DNA of 63,142 bases, filler included, from Sphacelaria rigidula (lineage: Eukaryota), in the NCBI GenBank assembly GCA_964200075.2. It is 6 parts of 6 records of this genome, joined end to end, with 100 filler letters (N's around TTAATTAATTAA, not from the genome) between each part and the next. Parts side by side here need not be neighbours in the genome. Positions count along the whole stretch, not along the records: positions 10,542 to 20,982 come from CAXNAA020006486.1; positions 21,083 to 31,522 come from CAXNAA020006487.1; 4 more parts are not named here. One strand, 5' to 3'. Below the pieces are notes generated by a model, which saw nothing but the letters and a program-made list of their open reading frames with translations, had not been told where the DNA came from and did no database searches. A program made the position numbers and the translations under genes. The stretch's first letter is position 1. Every line of letters starts with the position of its first letter. Shown here piece by piece: positions 12,476 through 26,642 of this stretch.

Positions 12476-15400
12476 CGACGTGACACCCCGTGGGATTTGG
12501 TGCCTGTGCAGGTCAAAATAGAGTACGCGTACAGCCCCTCTAGTTGTACCGTAGCACAGTACTAAATGGTGCAATCCCGCCACCTGCAAGCAAAACATTT
12601 TGAGAACAGTAACGTGTTCGCACCACTCCTCAGACGACCTCTTCTCGTGATGGTGATTGTCAACGGGTTTACGAAACTGGCGTTTTCGGGCGATCCAAAG
12701 ATCCAACTAGCTCACACACAATATCTCTCATGTCACGAAATTGGGAAAACTGCGCGGAATAGTCGCCTGCGAATAATCGAGAATAGTGGTAGCCAACTTT
12801 GGAATGGAGGTGAAGGCGCCTTCCCATTTCAGGCAACACACACAAGCGAAGAGTAGGTGAGAGGGCGTGCCCTTCGTGGCTCAGTAGCTGAGAGGAACAG
12901 AGCCTACTGTCTGTACTGCAGCAGTCGTGGTTGCCAGCACCGTTTTTCACTATTTCCGTACATCAGCCCGATCTCTCGAACCCGTGATCACAGAATAGGC
13001 TTGTTTTTCCAGTACCGTCACTACTATTCCATATATGAAATAGAAGCGCTTGTGGGGCAACTCCTTGTGAGACTCCAACACAAAGCAAAATTAACAACAA
13101 AAGAGGCGTAGCTAAGAAAACAAGAGAGAAAGGCCTCCCCCGCCGATGGTCGGCGTCTGGCAGACAAATCAGATCTGCCGAGCAAGTTAAGAAATTCGGA
13201 AGAAGTTGAAAAAAAAGAAGCACACAACACACCCCAGGACAAAATATAGATAAAAAATAAGAGTGACGCAAGATCCCCAGCTACCCACGGAGACAGACAA
13301 CAAAGCCTTGAGGAAGACGGCAAACGCACTGGCGAGCATACTACGGGGTGGGCTACGTGTCACGTTCCGGCGACCTTCAATGGACAGAGGGAACGCTACC
13401 GGTAATACGGCATAAAAGCTCCTTTGCATAGCGCGTGCTGGACGCGTTCACTTGAAGGAGGAAGTGGTGGTTCAATTTCCCATGTACTTCTCAGCCGCTT
13501 CCTATACAACCCGGTACCACCCGGGAACATGTTGGGCGATATGTGTCCATTATGTTACGCCCACTCCGGAAGGCGGGGCAGTACTCGGTAACAAAGTGTT
13601 GAAGGTGTTCCGCGGTTTGGCCTGCCTTCCTCTTCCCTCCAGCCATCTCTCCACGCATAACGATGTTGGGGAGGCGCTCGTTGTGCGTGCGCGCGACGCG
13701 GCCGGGGTATGGTAGGATTCGTCCCCTCACGGTAGCCTCGATGCAGTCGCAGCCAGTCCTTTCGATGAACTCGCGGTATGGCAGCATGTGGTAGTCGGGG
13801 GTTCTGCGGGTCGAGGTAGGCTTGTGGATGCACCTCAGCAGGAACCCGCGGTGGGCTTGCCGCAACGCGCCGAAATCATTGACCAAGAGTATCCAAGTGA
13901 CGTAACCATATAGCATGACCTCGATCATTTCTACCTTCAGGAAACGGACCTTCTCGGCCAGGGATGTATGGGGTATCGTATACCGCTCTGCTGTACTTGA
14001 TGAAGCACTACCAGGCCTGGCCAGTGCGGCGGTTGACCTGAGGGTGACATCGCTGATGCCGGTGATGGCGCCACCGAGGTGGATGAAAGACTCAAACTTG
14101 CTGGTATCTTTGGCCTGTCGCCCCCACCTCAACCGCATCGGATTTCATGCTTGAGGAGCGCATGTGTATGGCTACAACATTCTTTTCCGCCACAACAAGA
14201 CCGAACGCCGCATAGACTTCGACAATAGCCACCATCATCTTTGCCAGGCTTCGTTGAGATCGCCCAGCGTTGCCAGCGTCGTGGGCGTACAGCATGACCC
14301 AAAGGACCTTGCTAAGATCATCTGGTTAGTTGAGAGAAGTGCTTTGTTGTTTAGTCGCTTTTTTCAGCCGTAACGGAAAAAAAAACCGGAGTGGGTATCG
14401 GAAAGGGCACACCCCTCAGGCCACCACTGTCGGCTTACTGCTGAGACCTCGAAGGTGTATTGGCTGACGGCTCATGTCCAATGTCATAGCTGGCGACACG
14501 AGCAAACTCCTCTTTCCCAAGTAGGATGGAGCCATTCGTGTTCCCGCTGCCGCTTGCGTTTTGGCATTCTTTTGCTCCGTTGTATTTTCATCTACTGGCG
14601 CTTTTTGTAGACTACTCAAGCCTGGTCGGTAAGCTATCTGCCCATGTGAATGGCTCAGCCCCCGCGGAATAACTAATGAATAGTTGGCCGATGAGCTAGA
14701 AAATGTGAATCTTTCGATATGTCGACCCCGAAAATATGCTATTGTGACCAATCACGCGCAATTCGTACAACACGCCACAATATTTTTGCTCCGAGTTGTC
14801 GACGCACATCACGTGTGAATATGTGCTGCAAAGCTATCTGCCCATGTGAATGGCTCAGCCTCCGCGGAATAACTAATGGATAGTTGGCCGATGAGCTAGA
14901 AAATGTGAATCTTTCGATATGTCGACCCCGAAAATGTTCTATTTTGACCAATCACGCGCAATTTGTACAACACGCCACAATATTTTTGCTCCGAGTTGTC
15001 GACGCACATCACGTGTGAATATGTGCTGCACCCGTGCCTTCAAAACCCTCGGGGAAAATTCCCCCCCTCGCCTCCATCGGCCATGTGCAAGAGAGCGATG
15101 TTGAGCCGAAATCCGCCGACCCTTGTGAGGCCAGACCTTCACAGGCTGTACCCGATGTAGTCTTTTTTTCCTGAATATCTCTCCTGGTCCACCATCTGAT
15201 CGTATGTACGTACGGGAAGTAGCACACGATGGCTATCGAAATACTCCATGTAAATAACAGCGTGTAGCGTCCTCTAGCTCGTGTTATACGTTTTTCTAAT
15301 CTGACCACGGTTTCGACGTGTATCATAGGATAATCAAAGAAAAATCAAACTTGTTTCATGTGGGAAAACATGGATATACTACACTGCTGATGCTGCTAAC

Positions 15401-17000
15401 AATTGTTACGAAGAACTCACGCTCGGTTACGATGTTCGCTGTTTCGAGAGAAACGCGCTGGATGATACGATGATGAGCTCGACACGAAAGAACCCTTCAT
15501 TCCCCTGCGTACTTGGTGGTAGAGGGACCGCCAAACGAGAACACGATAAGGCGCATATAGTTGTACTGTAGTGTACTGTACATGTATTTCTTCCAAAAAC
15601 GCCGGCATGTTGTGAGTCCAACATCGTTGACGCAGAGCGCGGATAGGCTCGGCAATAATTGAATATTTTTCCGAAACAACACGTCGGGCTTGCTCGTTGT
15701 TGTGTTTGTCCTTGAACAGCAATTACACAGAAAAACAGTCGATCCTGTGAGTGCCACAGATGTTGCTGCTGGGGATCGGGTAGCTACAACGTCTTCTTTC
15801 CCGATTGAACCGGTTTAACCGCGGGGGGAAATTCAGACTTTTTTCAGAACCGGAACCGGTAAACGCCCATTGATACTATGTTTGTCAACAAGCGGGTATA
15901 ACCACTTCTTGTTTCAACGGAACCCACCTCTGGTTTCCAGGCACGGGTGCGGCACAAATTGACAGGTGATGTGCGTCAAGAACTCCGAGGAATACATTGT
16001 GGCGTGTTTTATTAGCCTTTTTGGAAGCGTTGATGGAAAAGTGACGATTTACAATCGACGTTTTCTTGGGAAAGATATGGTTGTTTTCCCTGCAAGTATT
16101 GATGATGCAGCTCTCCAAAACGGTGTACCAATGTGACAGATTCGTGCACCAAACTCGACGTGACTTTTTCCCGGTGACGAAAGCTCGCATACGAGACTTT
16201 GTACTATTTTTCGCGAGTTCCAAAAGGTTCACAAATATTACGTGTAAGGGCGATGGTACTGCTCTTTGCGTGATTGTTCACGAATCATACCTTTTGAGAG
16301 CCAAATACAAACGTGCACAGGTATACCTTTTCTATCCGGCTGCCCTGAAAAAAAAAACTTCATGTGCAGTTGTTTGCGCCTCAGCTGCGAAGGGGTTATT
16401 TGATCGATCCATCGTTCGATGGGTTGAACGGGCATTTGTAATCACTTGTTCGTGCTTGGTTTGTGTTTGAAGATGGTTGGTCAGTTGCGTTTTATGTGTT
16501 ATGTTTTGTGTTTTCGTTTTTTGAAGAAGATCGAGGAACAAAATAGATTCGCATATTATCTACCCTGTATCCAACCTCGAGACGTTTCAGCTCAGGCGCA
16601 AAACTTATGTTTCTGAATACCTGGTGGGCCACTTTTACGCGTGAACATTCGAGCAGGAGTTACATTGGTGCACACTCTGACACCTTGTCAAATATTGGAC
16701 CGGGGGCCATCGTGACCGGCATTTCGCTCGGTGCCAAGAGAACGTTCGTGGTACAAGAGACGTTGCCATGGGGGACGAAAGCGCCACCGGTCGGTGATCT
16801 GTCTGGCGGTCAAAAAAAGGTAGGTACGGGCGGTGAAGATGCTTTGAGTAGCTCTAAAACGACAGCATTTGTCTTTTATTGCCGGACTGGCCATCGAAAT
16901 GTGATTGAGTTTTTGCCGACTCTGGAGCACTCAACAGTACAGGATTACTTGAAGTGCTGTACTGGTCGTGCTGTTGTTCCTACTTGACATGGCGTATCAA
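12476..17000 (-). CDS. Possible multi-exon gene of unknown product (tentative exons only)
   Basis: Frame-compatible AG/GT-bounded blocks near 16948-17000, 16684-16798 and 16564-16620 read ..DTPCQVGTTARPVQHFK/SPTGGAF..PIFDK/VFRNISFAPELKRLEVGYR. Further candidates lie near 15928-16089 and at 12476-12583 (VAGLHHLVLCYGTTRGAVRVLYFDL..). No full model could be built. Confidence 0.3.
13110..14330 (-). mobile_element. 5'-truncated, frameshifted LINE (RT C-terminal half plus 3' region)
   Basis: MLYAHDAG (decayed YADD), FGLVVAEK, FIHLGG, KVRFLKVEMIEVMLYGYVTW and ERLPNIVMRGEM motifs of non-LTR RT ORF2, split across frames. The 3' boundary is approximate. Confidence 0.85.
14631..15030. repeat. Tandem duplication, 2 x 200 bp
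   Basis: AAGCTATCTGCCCATGTG...ATGTGCTGCA at 14631-14830 and 14831-15030, with only a few substitutions. Confidence 0.95.
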
Positions 17001-17039
17001 CTGCAGCATATGAATGAGCGGTTAGGCCAACTCTAATGG

Positions 17040-17480
17040 GAGCCGTTCAAAATTCCTGTTGAGATCTGTCTTTTGGGCCCTCCTCGGTCGTTTCACGCCC
17101 GAAAAGAGAGTTCGTCGGATGTTGACGCCTTGGAATGGCTTGCTCTACTCGCTGATACCGTTCCAGGGCAACTTTGCGTTCCCCGCTGGCCGCAGTGTTG
17201 TTCTTGGCCAAACTCGCATGTTCAATAGAAAACAGTCAGGTGATCAAAATACTGGCAGTTTCCCCCCTGTTTTTCAATCACTTGATCGTTTTCACTGAAA
17301 ATGAAAGTCTGGCCAAAACTTGAACTGCGACCAGCGGGAAATCCAAAGTTGCCCTGGAACCGTCTCAACTAGTAGAGCAAGTCATTCCAAGGTGTCGACA
17401 CCCGCCTAGCCCTATTTTCAAGCCTAGGATGACAGAGAAGGACCCAAAAGGCAGTTTCCAACAGGATTTGCGAACGGCTC
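17040..17480. mobile_element. Foldback MITE with ~180-bp imperfect TIRs
   Basis: GAGCCGTTC... / ...GAACGGCTC termini. The arms are related to the TIRs of 17617-19581. Confidence 0.75.
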
Positions 17481-17616
17481 TCAGTAGAGTTGGTCTTCGG
17501 CGTTTTGTTTTGTATTTTTGCCCCCCACTCGGTGGCCTTGCGAATCCCTTTGTGTCATTTGTCTCTTCTTTTCTTGTCTTTCATGTTCTTTCCCTTTGCT
17601 GTCGGTGTACTTTTCT

Positions 17617-19581
17617 GAGGCCGCTCCTTATAACAGACAAAAATAAAAATCTGGAAAAGTGCCTTTTTGGAGCTTTCACGTCGTTTCACGCCCCAAACGA
17701 GAGCTAGGGGAGTTTGACACCTTGGAATGACTTACTCTACCATTTGAGGCGGTTCTAGGACATCTTCCTGTTTTTCTGGTGGCTGCAGTTTTCATTTGTG
17801 CCGAACAAGAATTTTTGTCCAAGAACGGTGAAAAACAGTCAAATCTAGAAAAAATCGCCACTTTCCTCTGGACTTGACTGTTTTTTCCGAGCTGTTTCAC
17901 GCTTATTACCCAAAAAACACTCATCGGCAAAACCTCACGCCGTTTCAAGAAGTTAGACCTTGAAATTTCGCACAGATGTTCTATGGTTCATTACCCAACG
18001 TTCGAAGAACGAGTTTTTTTTTTTTATTGCTTTCGCCACTTTTCGCCATTTTTCGAGAGTCCTTGTTTTTTCGGGGAATCATCGATCTAATCGGACCCCC
18101 GTTAAACGGGGAGGGGGAATCGGAAAAAACTCGTTTTTCCAAAGTTGCGTAACCACCCATAGAACAGCTGTGCGAAATTTCAGGGTCTAACTCTTTAAAA
18201 CGGCGTGAGGTTTATCGCTTTTGTGCAATAAACCTTGGCGTACCGCGGTGAGACCGCAAACTACTTGAATTTTCTACCAAAACGCCGTTTTTGGGCCTTC
18301 TTTGACGTTAACACGAAAATTCAAGCATCAGTTGATCGAATTTTGCGACGAAATTTTGCGGGGCCCTTCCTTGGGTTATGCGGCGACGAATCGTGCGCGA
18401 TAAATTTAAATAAAACATCGTAGTGCCGGTTTTCCGGGGTCCCAGAATGGAAACTACGTCAAAATAAGGCTGGGATCCCGTCGGACCCCCGACAAACGGT
18501 CAAAAACTCCAAAAGGAAAAAGATGTTTTTAGCATCTAAGTCCTGATAACGGCGTGAAACTTTGCGCGCTTGTGGAGGACGTCGGCTTGAAACGCGCAAC
18601 TGCTAACTTCTTGGCTTTAGTATGGAAACGTTTTTTGAGGTGAAATTGACGCCAAGGCAAGAAAAAAACTGGATGGGGTTTTCGAGTTTCTCCACCAAAC
18701 TTTGTATATGTGTTCCTTGGACTATCCCGGGACGCGTCATTTTATTATTTTATTTCTTGGGATATTCTGTACCGCCTTCCGGGGGTCTTTTTCTGGGATC
18801 CCAGGAAGCCGGTAGAGAACGGAAAAACAATGAAATATTGTCAAGAATACACCGTTTCCATTTGGAGCGTCAATACCTACGGAACTCCCAAGTTTAAGGG
18901 CGATCTGAGCTTTTTTACAACAGATATAGGGGACGCCGGCACGAGGCTCCCTGGGTCTTTCGTGCGTATCCTCAGTGGAAATTCGACGACGCCAAAACCC
19001 GACATCACCGCAACATCACGGTTTGGGGTATAATTCGACCCCCGTAGCAACCGTTTTAAAATATGTTTTTTTCGTTAGATTCCCGAACCTGTGATGATGA
19101 CAACGATTTGAGGCATGTGAAGATTGAGTGAAAATTGGTATCGGAATTCGTAATTCCGATCACGTAACAATTTGACGGGCGCTGATTGGTCTATATACCT
19201 TTTCGCCCTTAGCGCTACCACTATGGCCTTACACACAACCCCGGTTATGTCACGCTCTTCAGCTGCCCATGGCGGTCAGTATGAAATCATGTATGCGACT
19301 GTTGGGTGTATATTGCAAAAGGCATTTGCTGATGACAAAAAATGGGTGATAAGCGTGAACCAGCCTGTACCATTCTTGGACAAAAGTTCTTGTTCGGCAA
19401 AAATGAAAACTGCGGCCACCAGAAAACGGGAAGATGTCCTGGAACCGCCTCAACCAGTAGAGCAAGTCATCCCGAGGAGTCAAACTCCGCCTAGCTCTCT
19501 TTTGGGGCGTAAAACGACGTGAAAGCTCCACAAAGGCACTTTTTCAGATTTTTATTTTGATCTTTTATAAGGAGCGGCCTT
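17617..19581. mobile_element. ~2-kb non-autonomous TIR element with ~210-bp TIRs and an internal foldback
   Basis: GAGGCCGCTCCTTATAA...(17617-17829) is inverted at 19369-19581. A second inverted pair spans 17930-18213. No transposase ORF. Confidence 0.8.
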
Positions 19582-20183
19582 CGCAGATTTGAAGTTTTTT
19601 TCTTCACCCCGTTGGACTCGGGGAAGCTACTAGAATGTTTTTCTTGGTGTTTCTCTTCTTATTTTCATTTTGGTAATACTTTAGTTTATTGCGTTTGGTC
19701 TTGTAATTAGGCTGGAGTCTCAAAATATTGATGCAGGACTCCATGTCTTGTAAGGAAAAGCAGGGACGGTATTGCAAAGACGAGCCCACGTCTGTGACCA
19801 CGGGTGCGAGAGATCGGTCTCATGGGCGGGATTAATAAGTACTAGCAATAATAATAGGCATGGTCAGTTCGGAGATATTGCTATTGGAGTGAGACGAGTC
19901 TGGTCCGGCGAAAACCCGGCGTGCTCCGTCCCGACTTTGTTGAGATGCGAGGTCAAATGTCATATGACCGTGGCATGCAAGATCATAAGTACACCCCCGT
20001 CATCTTCCACTGGTGCCCTTGGTCACAAACAGCTGCTGGACATGCGGCACAACTCGGCCGTGGTGATGTGGGGTGGCTGTCAAGAGCGCTACAAGCACGG
20101 TGTGCCGCCGATGAGAAAGGGGGTGGAGGTTCACCCCGTTGCTGGTGAGAAATCCCTACCCCTCACCCGAATATCGACGGTCC

Positions 20184-20790
20184 GTACAAGCCGGGCCAGC
20201 CTAGAGGCGGATTTGCAGCTTGCAGGCCTATTCATCGGCCAATATTTAGTGTTGGACCCTAAAATTTGGTATGGACGATCAATGGGGCATGATAAAAAGA
20301 AATACACGTCGGCCAAAACATTTTTTTATTCCGTGAGTACAAAGCAATAATCGCTTTTAATATTAAAATGCCGTGAAACCATGGGAGAAAAAAAAAAACT
20401 TCGGGTCCACGTGTAATTTCTTTTGTTGTGCTCTACTCACTATCCATACCAAATTTTAGGGTCCAGCTCTAAATATTGGCCACCGAATGGGCCGTTTAGT
20501 AACAAGGTCGGTATAAATTCGGAGCAGTATTTTGCAGGCTACTTACCGGCCCACGTTAGGTGTTTGTGTATTGAAATTTGTGTGGTACCTCGCTAGGGCA
20601 CGCTGAACCAAAAAAAGTGGGCCAGGTTGATATTTATTTCATTTTTTCACTGGTTTCGGGCGTTTTAGTATGGCAACGACCAATTTTTTACGAGAACGCC
20701 CGAACCGCTTCCAAACAAAATATTCAGGCCCATTTTGAAAATTGCATTCAGCACACTTCTGGTAGCTGAGAATTGCCGAGAACGTTCAAG
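20184..20790 (+). mobile_element. Partial copy of the TA-CGAGCTGGGCCAGCC MITE family
   Basis: The left end and internal sequence match 28174-29337; the right TIR is absent. Confidence 0.7.
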
Positions 20791-20982
20791 GGAGTATGCA
20801 GCGGGAGCTGCTGCTTCAGTCGGAGAGGCGTACTACACTGTACTGTATCATACTGTTGTATGCATGCGCGCCGCATCGCTGATACCCTTCGAAGAGAATT
20901 TGCCGTATGCAACAAGGGGGGAAATGGCGGCCCACCCCGACCACAAAGGGCGTTGTGGCAAGGTGATGAGGACAAAAGTATC

Positions 20983-21082
20983 NNNNNNNNNNNNNNNNNN
21001 NNNNNNNNNNNNNNNNNNNNNNNNNNTTAATTAATTAANNNNNNNNNNNNNNNNNNNNNNNNNNNNNNNNNNNNNNNNNNNN
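20983..21082. other. Artificial scaffold spacer
   Basis: 100-nt N/TTAATTAATTAA spacer. Confidence 0.98.
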
Positions 21083-21516
21083 CCGCCGCGGTTCCGTCCC
21101 CGCCTTTGCAGGGACGCGAGTTCGCGGGCCCGTGGGCCATGGCCTGCGGGATCCTGAGCCCCCCCCCCCCCCCCCGTTGTGACCACAGCTGTACCTCTTG
21201 GAGCTTCCTACCAAGTCATCCCAGCTAGTTCCTACCTGACTAGCTGTTGTAAGTCTACTAGACAACTATAAAACAACTATTATTCACGTCGCTCGTTCAT
21301 GTGGAGGAGATCACAATAGTGCAGTTCACGGAAGAACCGCGATGAAGATGTCATCGGGCAACTCGTACAAATATACGCTGCAACGTTTCTCAACGAACCG
21401 ATTCAGTGTTCACTCCGCTGATTTGTGATCATCAGTCAAGTTCCCTCTGCTGTGAGGTATTCATATAAGTCATGACTGCAACAGGCACCCGCTTCTACCA
21501 GTTTCTTCTCTCTCAG

Positions 21517-21735
21517 GGTTCTTGCCGGCTACAGCCTCTACACATAAACCTGCAGGCGGACGCCACTTTTCCAGACCACCCTCTTCGACCCGCTCGCGAC
21601 CCTGGTCGCGAAAAACCCACGTGCAAGGTTGATATGCCTGAAGGATCCATCGTGTGGAGTACTAACTCCTCTTGTAGTAGTATCGGTGGCGATTTGAACC
21701 GCGTACGGTTCTCGCACATATGGCCACCTGCGCAG
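21517..21735 (+). CDS. Possible internal exon (73 aa, phase 0-0)
   Basis: Polypyrimidine acceptor tttcttctctctcag|GGT and donor CAG|gtttcg around an open frame. No recognisable domain. Confidence 0.3.
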
Positions 21736-24700
21736 GTTTCGTATCAGTCGCCGTTTTTGGAAGGCTACTCACGCGTCACACTCGCGACGTCTCCTTGCCG
21801 CTCAAAGTACGTTCCTTTTGTTTTTTCAAATTCGTGCGCCAGTACATTGTGGACTTCTCATTTGTTGTGTGTACATAACATATTCGCCTCATTCTTTCAG
21901 GTAGTGGTGTCTTAGAGTCGTCTGCATGCTCACCTCCATCTTGCTTCGAGGTCTCTTAGGAACAACAACACTACTTGGTATTTAATAACTATCGCAATAT
22001 TTTCTTCACGATTTCTTTCGAGCAACACTACACTGTTCTTGCTACCGTCTGTAGACGGAAGGCTCTCACTCTTTGTAGTCAGTCGGATCATCACTACTAG
22101 TACATATTTGTTGTTGTTGTTGTTGTTGTTGTTGCCGTCCCATGGTGCACGCGGTGCAGGTAAGGTTGACTCACCACTGTTGCTGCGATGCGCACAAACA
22201 GCTTACTCTCCGAAGTTGCCTCCAGGTGCCGCTGATGCACCTCGACCACGGTTTGGCGTTGCATTTAATGATTTCGTGCCAATTTCGATCGTACCAAAAT
22301 TGTATCTTGTATTTTTGCACCAATGGCAGTAGTCTTCCATTTCTCTTCAATTCATTGCTTTGTTCTGGAACTTGGTAGTCGGGCATATGCGTCGAAGTCA
22401 GGAAAGAGAGCTATCGGCCCGAGCATTTGTACCCATCGGAGTAATCGCAGAGCATGCCGTCACCGTTCTCACACAACATGTTGCGCATTGCAATGTACTC
22501 ACTGACCACGTGATGTTGGCTACCGCTATGCTGATATGTACGCAAAACACGTGATATTCAGCTCTCCCGGACCGGTGCTGAAACACCTCAAGCATCTGTC
22601 GGTGTCCTATATTTTCAAAATAGGTTTTGTCCCGTATCTGGTAGCTCACATCATGACCTCCACACTAATGCCAACAGCCTGGCGTGTCCGTCTGCGGTCG
22701 GCCGTCAACGCTACTTAGGAGCTTATTATAACCCGACGTCATCGCTCAGACTGTAGACCTTTACCCGATGGGACGATGAGACGTTGTCAATTCGTCACAC
22801 TCATATTTTCGCTCATACTTGTAGCACTTTCAGACAACTGTTCGACACTACGAGCTGGGCCGGCCTACACCATGACAAAACTTCCACCGGACATATAAAG
22901 AACGGCGGCGAGATATCGCTCACGAAACATATCCCTGGAATCGGGACATATCTATGCGTGTGCTCCGACAACTTTTAATGTACTTGAGGGTCTTCAAACG
23001 ATAAAAAAGGCCGTGTGCCGGAAATATACTGAGTAAAGTATGGCGTGAAACTATCGAAAAATAGGGCGAATTCACTTTTTAAAAATGCGGCGAGTTGTTT
23101 TTGTGCCTCCAGGTCTGCCGCGGCCATTTGCTTGCATCGCCCTTGCGCGCTGCGCTCTGCGCCATGGTGTCAAGCTCGCCGAGAGATCAGCGATGGGAGA
23201 GAGAGGACCTTCATCCCAACCTGCTGCGCAAAGGTCCAGACTTTTCATTTTCCCATCGCAGCAACGTGGCCAGATCGGCAGCACTTTTGTCATTGCGAAT
23301 ACGTGGTTACGCGCTATACTCAACTCAGCACCTTGTCAGCACACGACCTCTGCTTTGGTATGATCACGTGAAAACGCCCAAGCGCCCCACATCCTCCTCT
23401 TATTCGGGGCGAAAAATTGACACTAGATGGTCAGCACACAGGCCTACCATCGACAAGACAGCTGTTTTTTTTTTCCTATTTTTTTCCAGCCTTGAGGAAG
23501 ATAAAGGCAGCCCAAATATTTACATCGCCCGGAATTGGGGTTGCAAAAAACGAAATCTCCAGGTCGCTCGTCGAGGGTAAACCTATTTGTTGTCAACCTG
23601 GTGTCAAAATTTCACCCCCTCCCGGAGAAAAAGGCGCCGCGCTTGGCCAGTGACCTGTGGCGGCAGAAACTTGATCGACCCAGCTAGTCTGAAATCCGTC
23701 GTAAATCGCGCAAAAACGTTACATCCGTGTCATGAGTGGTCATTTTTCGTTGTTGGGTAATGCCTTGGTATTAGGGAATACTGAAGCATAGTGAAGAGTG
23801 GCCGAGGTTGAAAGTTTCGGGAGTGTACGCTGCACGCTGTGAATCATGATCATCAGCGGTGGCGGCAAGGAAAACGTTTCATCATGTCATGCCATCACCA
23901 GCGCAGGAGCCCAGGAGTTGAGAATAAGAGGAAGTAGCGACAGACCAGCGATAGTTCACGTCAACGTGGCCACTTCTCATTATCTGAAGGAAACAAAAGG
24001 GCGAAGACCAACCAGTTGTGGAGATAATTTTAATTTTCCACCGGGGAATGAACAATAGTCACTTTTGCGCTGTTCACGTCATGGGCGCATGAGGTATATT
24101 TTGAGAGTAGTCGGCGTGTGTACGCCTGGAAACGAACAGTTGCTCCACAACACAAAACATGTACGGGGATTGAAACTCGACAACGGAGTCAACGCATACG
24201 ATCGGGTCACTGCAGCGGCGTAGACGAGGAAATCACTTCTTCCGAGTCGAGAAAGGGGCGGAAGAGTTCGAGGACGTATTGTGACGCGAAGACCAACTCC
24301 AATCGGATCTCCGCCACAAACGAGAGACTGCTGCACCGAGAGCTACCAATGGGAGAGCCACCACAGCTGACGTGACGCAACAACAGCAACAGCTCGCGAG
24401 GAATACGAGCCGGAGATGGTCGAGAGAGTAGCCCGCTCTGTACCCGACTAAGGATGGGTGGGGAAAGCTGGGTGAAAGCGAGAACTCATGCACCCCGGTC
24501 ACCTCTTATCGGTCGTTGAAATTTCCTGGGTCTGTGATCTTGCGGCACCCGCCCAAGACCTGCTGCACTATTTGTACGTCATATATGTTCGCGCCGACAT
24601 GCTTTTTCATATGCAAGGGGAAACGATACCATGGTATATGCTTTCACGCATACAGGGACTCGCCAACTGCCTGTGCGCGAGATAAACAATGAAATGAACA

Positions 24701-25794
24701 AGAAAAGAGCGAAATAAATCGAGGGAAACTATGAAAATAATTAAATCAAGAATCTTGAAGGACGCTGCAGTATTACGTACTAGAAATTATGGCAAACTGA
24801 AGATGTGCCAGGATAGAATCCGCTTTATTAAATTAGCGGGCGAAGCCCGCATCACAAGTCAGAACTCGCACACACAAATAAGGTGACTCAATGTGAAATG
24901 AAAGAAGCACGACTATGGCCGAGCGTTCAAACTCGGCACTCGCCCAAAATTGACGGCGTGTCCAAAATCAGGGGTAGGACTAAAACATGGGACATGTCCT
25001 GTTTCACTGTACCGCAGCAAAAACACAGTCACGCCCTCTCTCATGTGTTGGAGCTTTCCCTGTCTGTACTCTGGTGGGCTGACGCATTGCGAAGACGATT
25101 TGAACTGGATGAGGTGCGATATTGTCGTTGCGTTCGTCTTCCCAGAGAACAGTGTTAGTCGGCACCCAGTGCTGGCTGCACACTGTTAAAAACTTCATGG
25201 ATGGTGTGTTGGCTTTTTCGTCTTCCATAAAACGAACAAGGCGCTGTCCGCTGCTGCGACACTCCCGCTGGTGCTGCGCGTTGGGGCCGTGTACTTCACT
25301 ACTCTGTTTTGTTCCGTGTACTGTGCTGTATTTTGTACCGTCAACACTATATGTGTGCGGGCGTCATTGGCCGTGAGATTCGACCGCAGGAAAACCAGGT
25401 TTTAGACTACTCTCCTGGCAATTCCCAAGCAAAATGGAGCGATCTGAACGGTACTTACCAAGCTAATCTGTCCCGCTCCAAATGCAGTCTGCCGAAGTTG
25501 GAAAAAGAAAGCGGCCTGCTGGCTCATTTGCGCTAGAAGGGTCAAGTAGATGAGTTTTCAAGGGTTACAGTAGCGGGCGGTCCGACTATCCATTTTGTGG
25601 CATTTTGTGATTTTTTCGTAACTGGCGATTTTCTTGGGCCCTTTTCGCTTGCCACCGCTCATCACACTGGGGATCTGAACATATTCGTATCCGCTTCACA
25701 TTCCAAGAAAAAAAAATCGTTTGTACTCTATAATGAGTGACTCACGGGCTGACCGGTCATGGGGGGTCCTGCCACGTTTCAGTCCAGATTTTTA

Positions 25795-26642
25795 GACCAA
25801 CTTGTATGGCTGCCAATCCCGAGTCTGGCGGGACCCGAATCTGTGCCAAATCGGGGGGACCCAGATTCGTGAAACTAAGGTTCGTGTGTACCCCTGTATG
25901 GCTTCACAGATTTGTTGAAATTGTTCTGTTCACGAACCGTCATTTTCTGGACGGGTGTGGTATCACAGTGAAGCCGAAGAATAGGCAGGCAGGAAATCAT
26001 CCTTCAAGAGCGGCGTCGTACCGTAGTACCCTGGGGTATGATGCAGTGCAGTACACTCCACAATCACAGTGCACAATTATGCCGTGTGGTTATACATGAT
26101 GGTGCAGTCGGTATTGCGAGAACAGTGCACAGTAGGCGGCAAGAGTTCACGAGTGCAGTGTCATTCATCACCCTGCAACAACCGCGACAGCAGAGTGTAG
26201 GATAGCACAGTACCATTCGTTATGATGATACATACAGCAACACAGTGCAGCATAAAATTTTGCCATTACCGCAGGGTATGGCGTCAACACTTCTTATCCG
26301 CTTGTCAAACCCCGTGCGGAGCTGCTCCAACAGCCGGCGCTCGCAGACACTGTTTGTGCTGTCACGAGACTGCCTGCTGCTGTTGTTGCAAAAATACCAA
26401 ACGCTTGTTGCCCCATCTCTGTACGTCAACATACGTACGTCAGTTGCTACAGATTCGGAGGACCTCGATTTTCCACGGAGCTGAGCTCAGATTCGTGTAA
26501 AACCGTTCTCAAATCGTGACAAACCGAATCTGAGCTTCCCCGATTTGGGCCAAATTGGGGTCCATATTATGCATTTCCGGAACTGAGGTCCCCTGATCTG
26601 AGAGTACAGATCCGTTTGGGTGACTGCCATAGAAGTCGGTCT
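25795..26642. mobile_element. Degenerate TIR element
   Basis: AGACCAACTTGTATGGCTG is inverted as CTGCCATAGAAGTCGGTCT; subterminal CAGATTCG/CGAATCTG motifs occur at both ends. Confidence 0.45.

Noticed and set aside
22170..23400. Possible decayed transposase or coding remnant (also 29870-30290 and 35290-35590)
   Set aside because: Coding-like composition but no diagnostic motif I can recognise.
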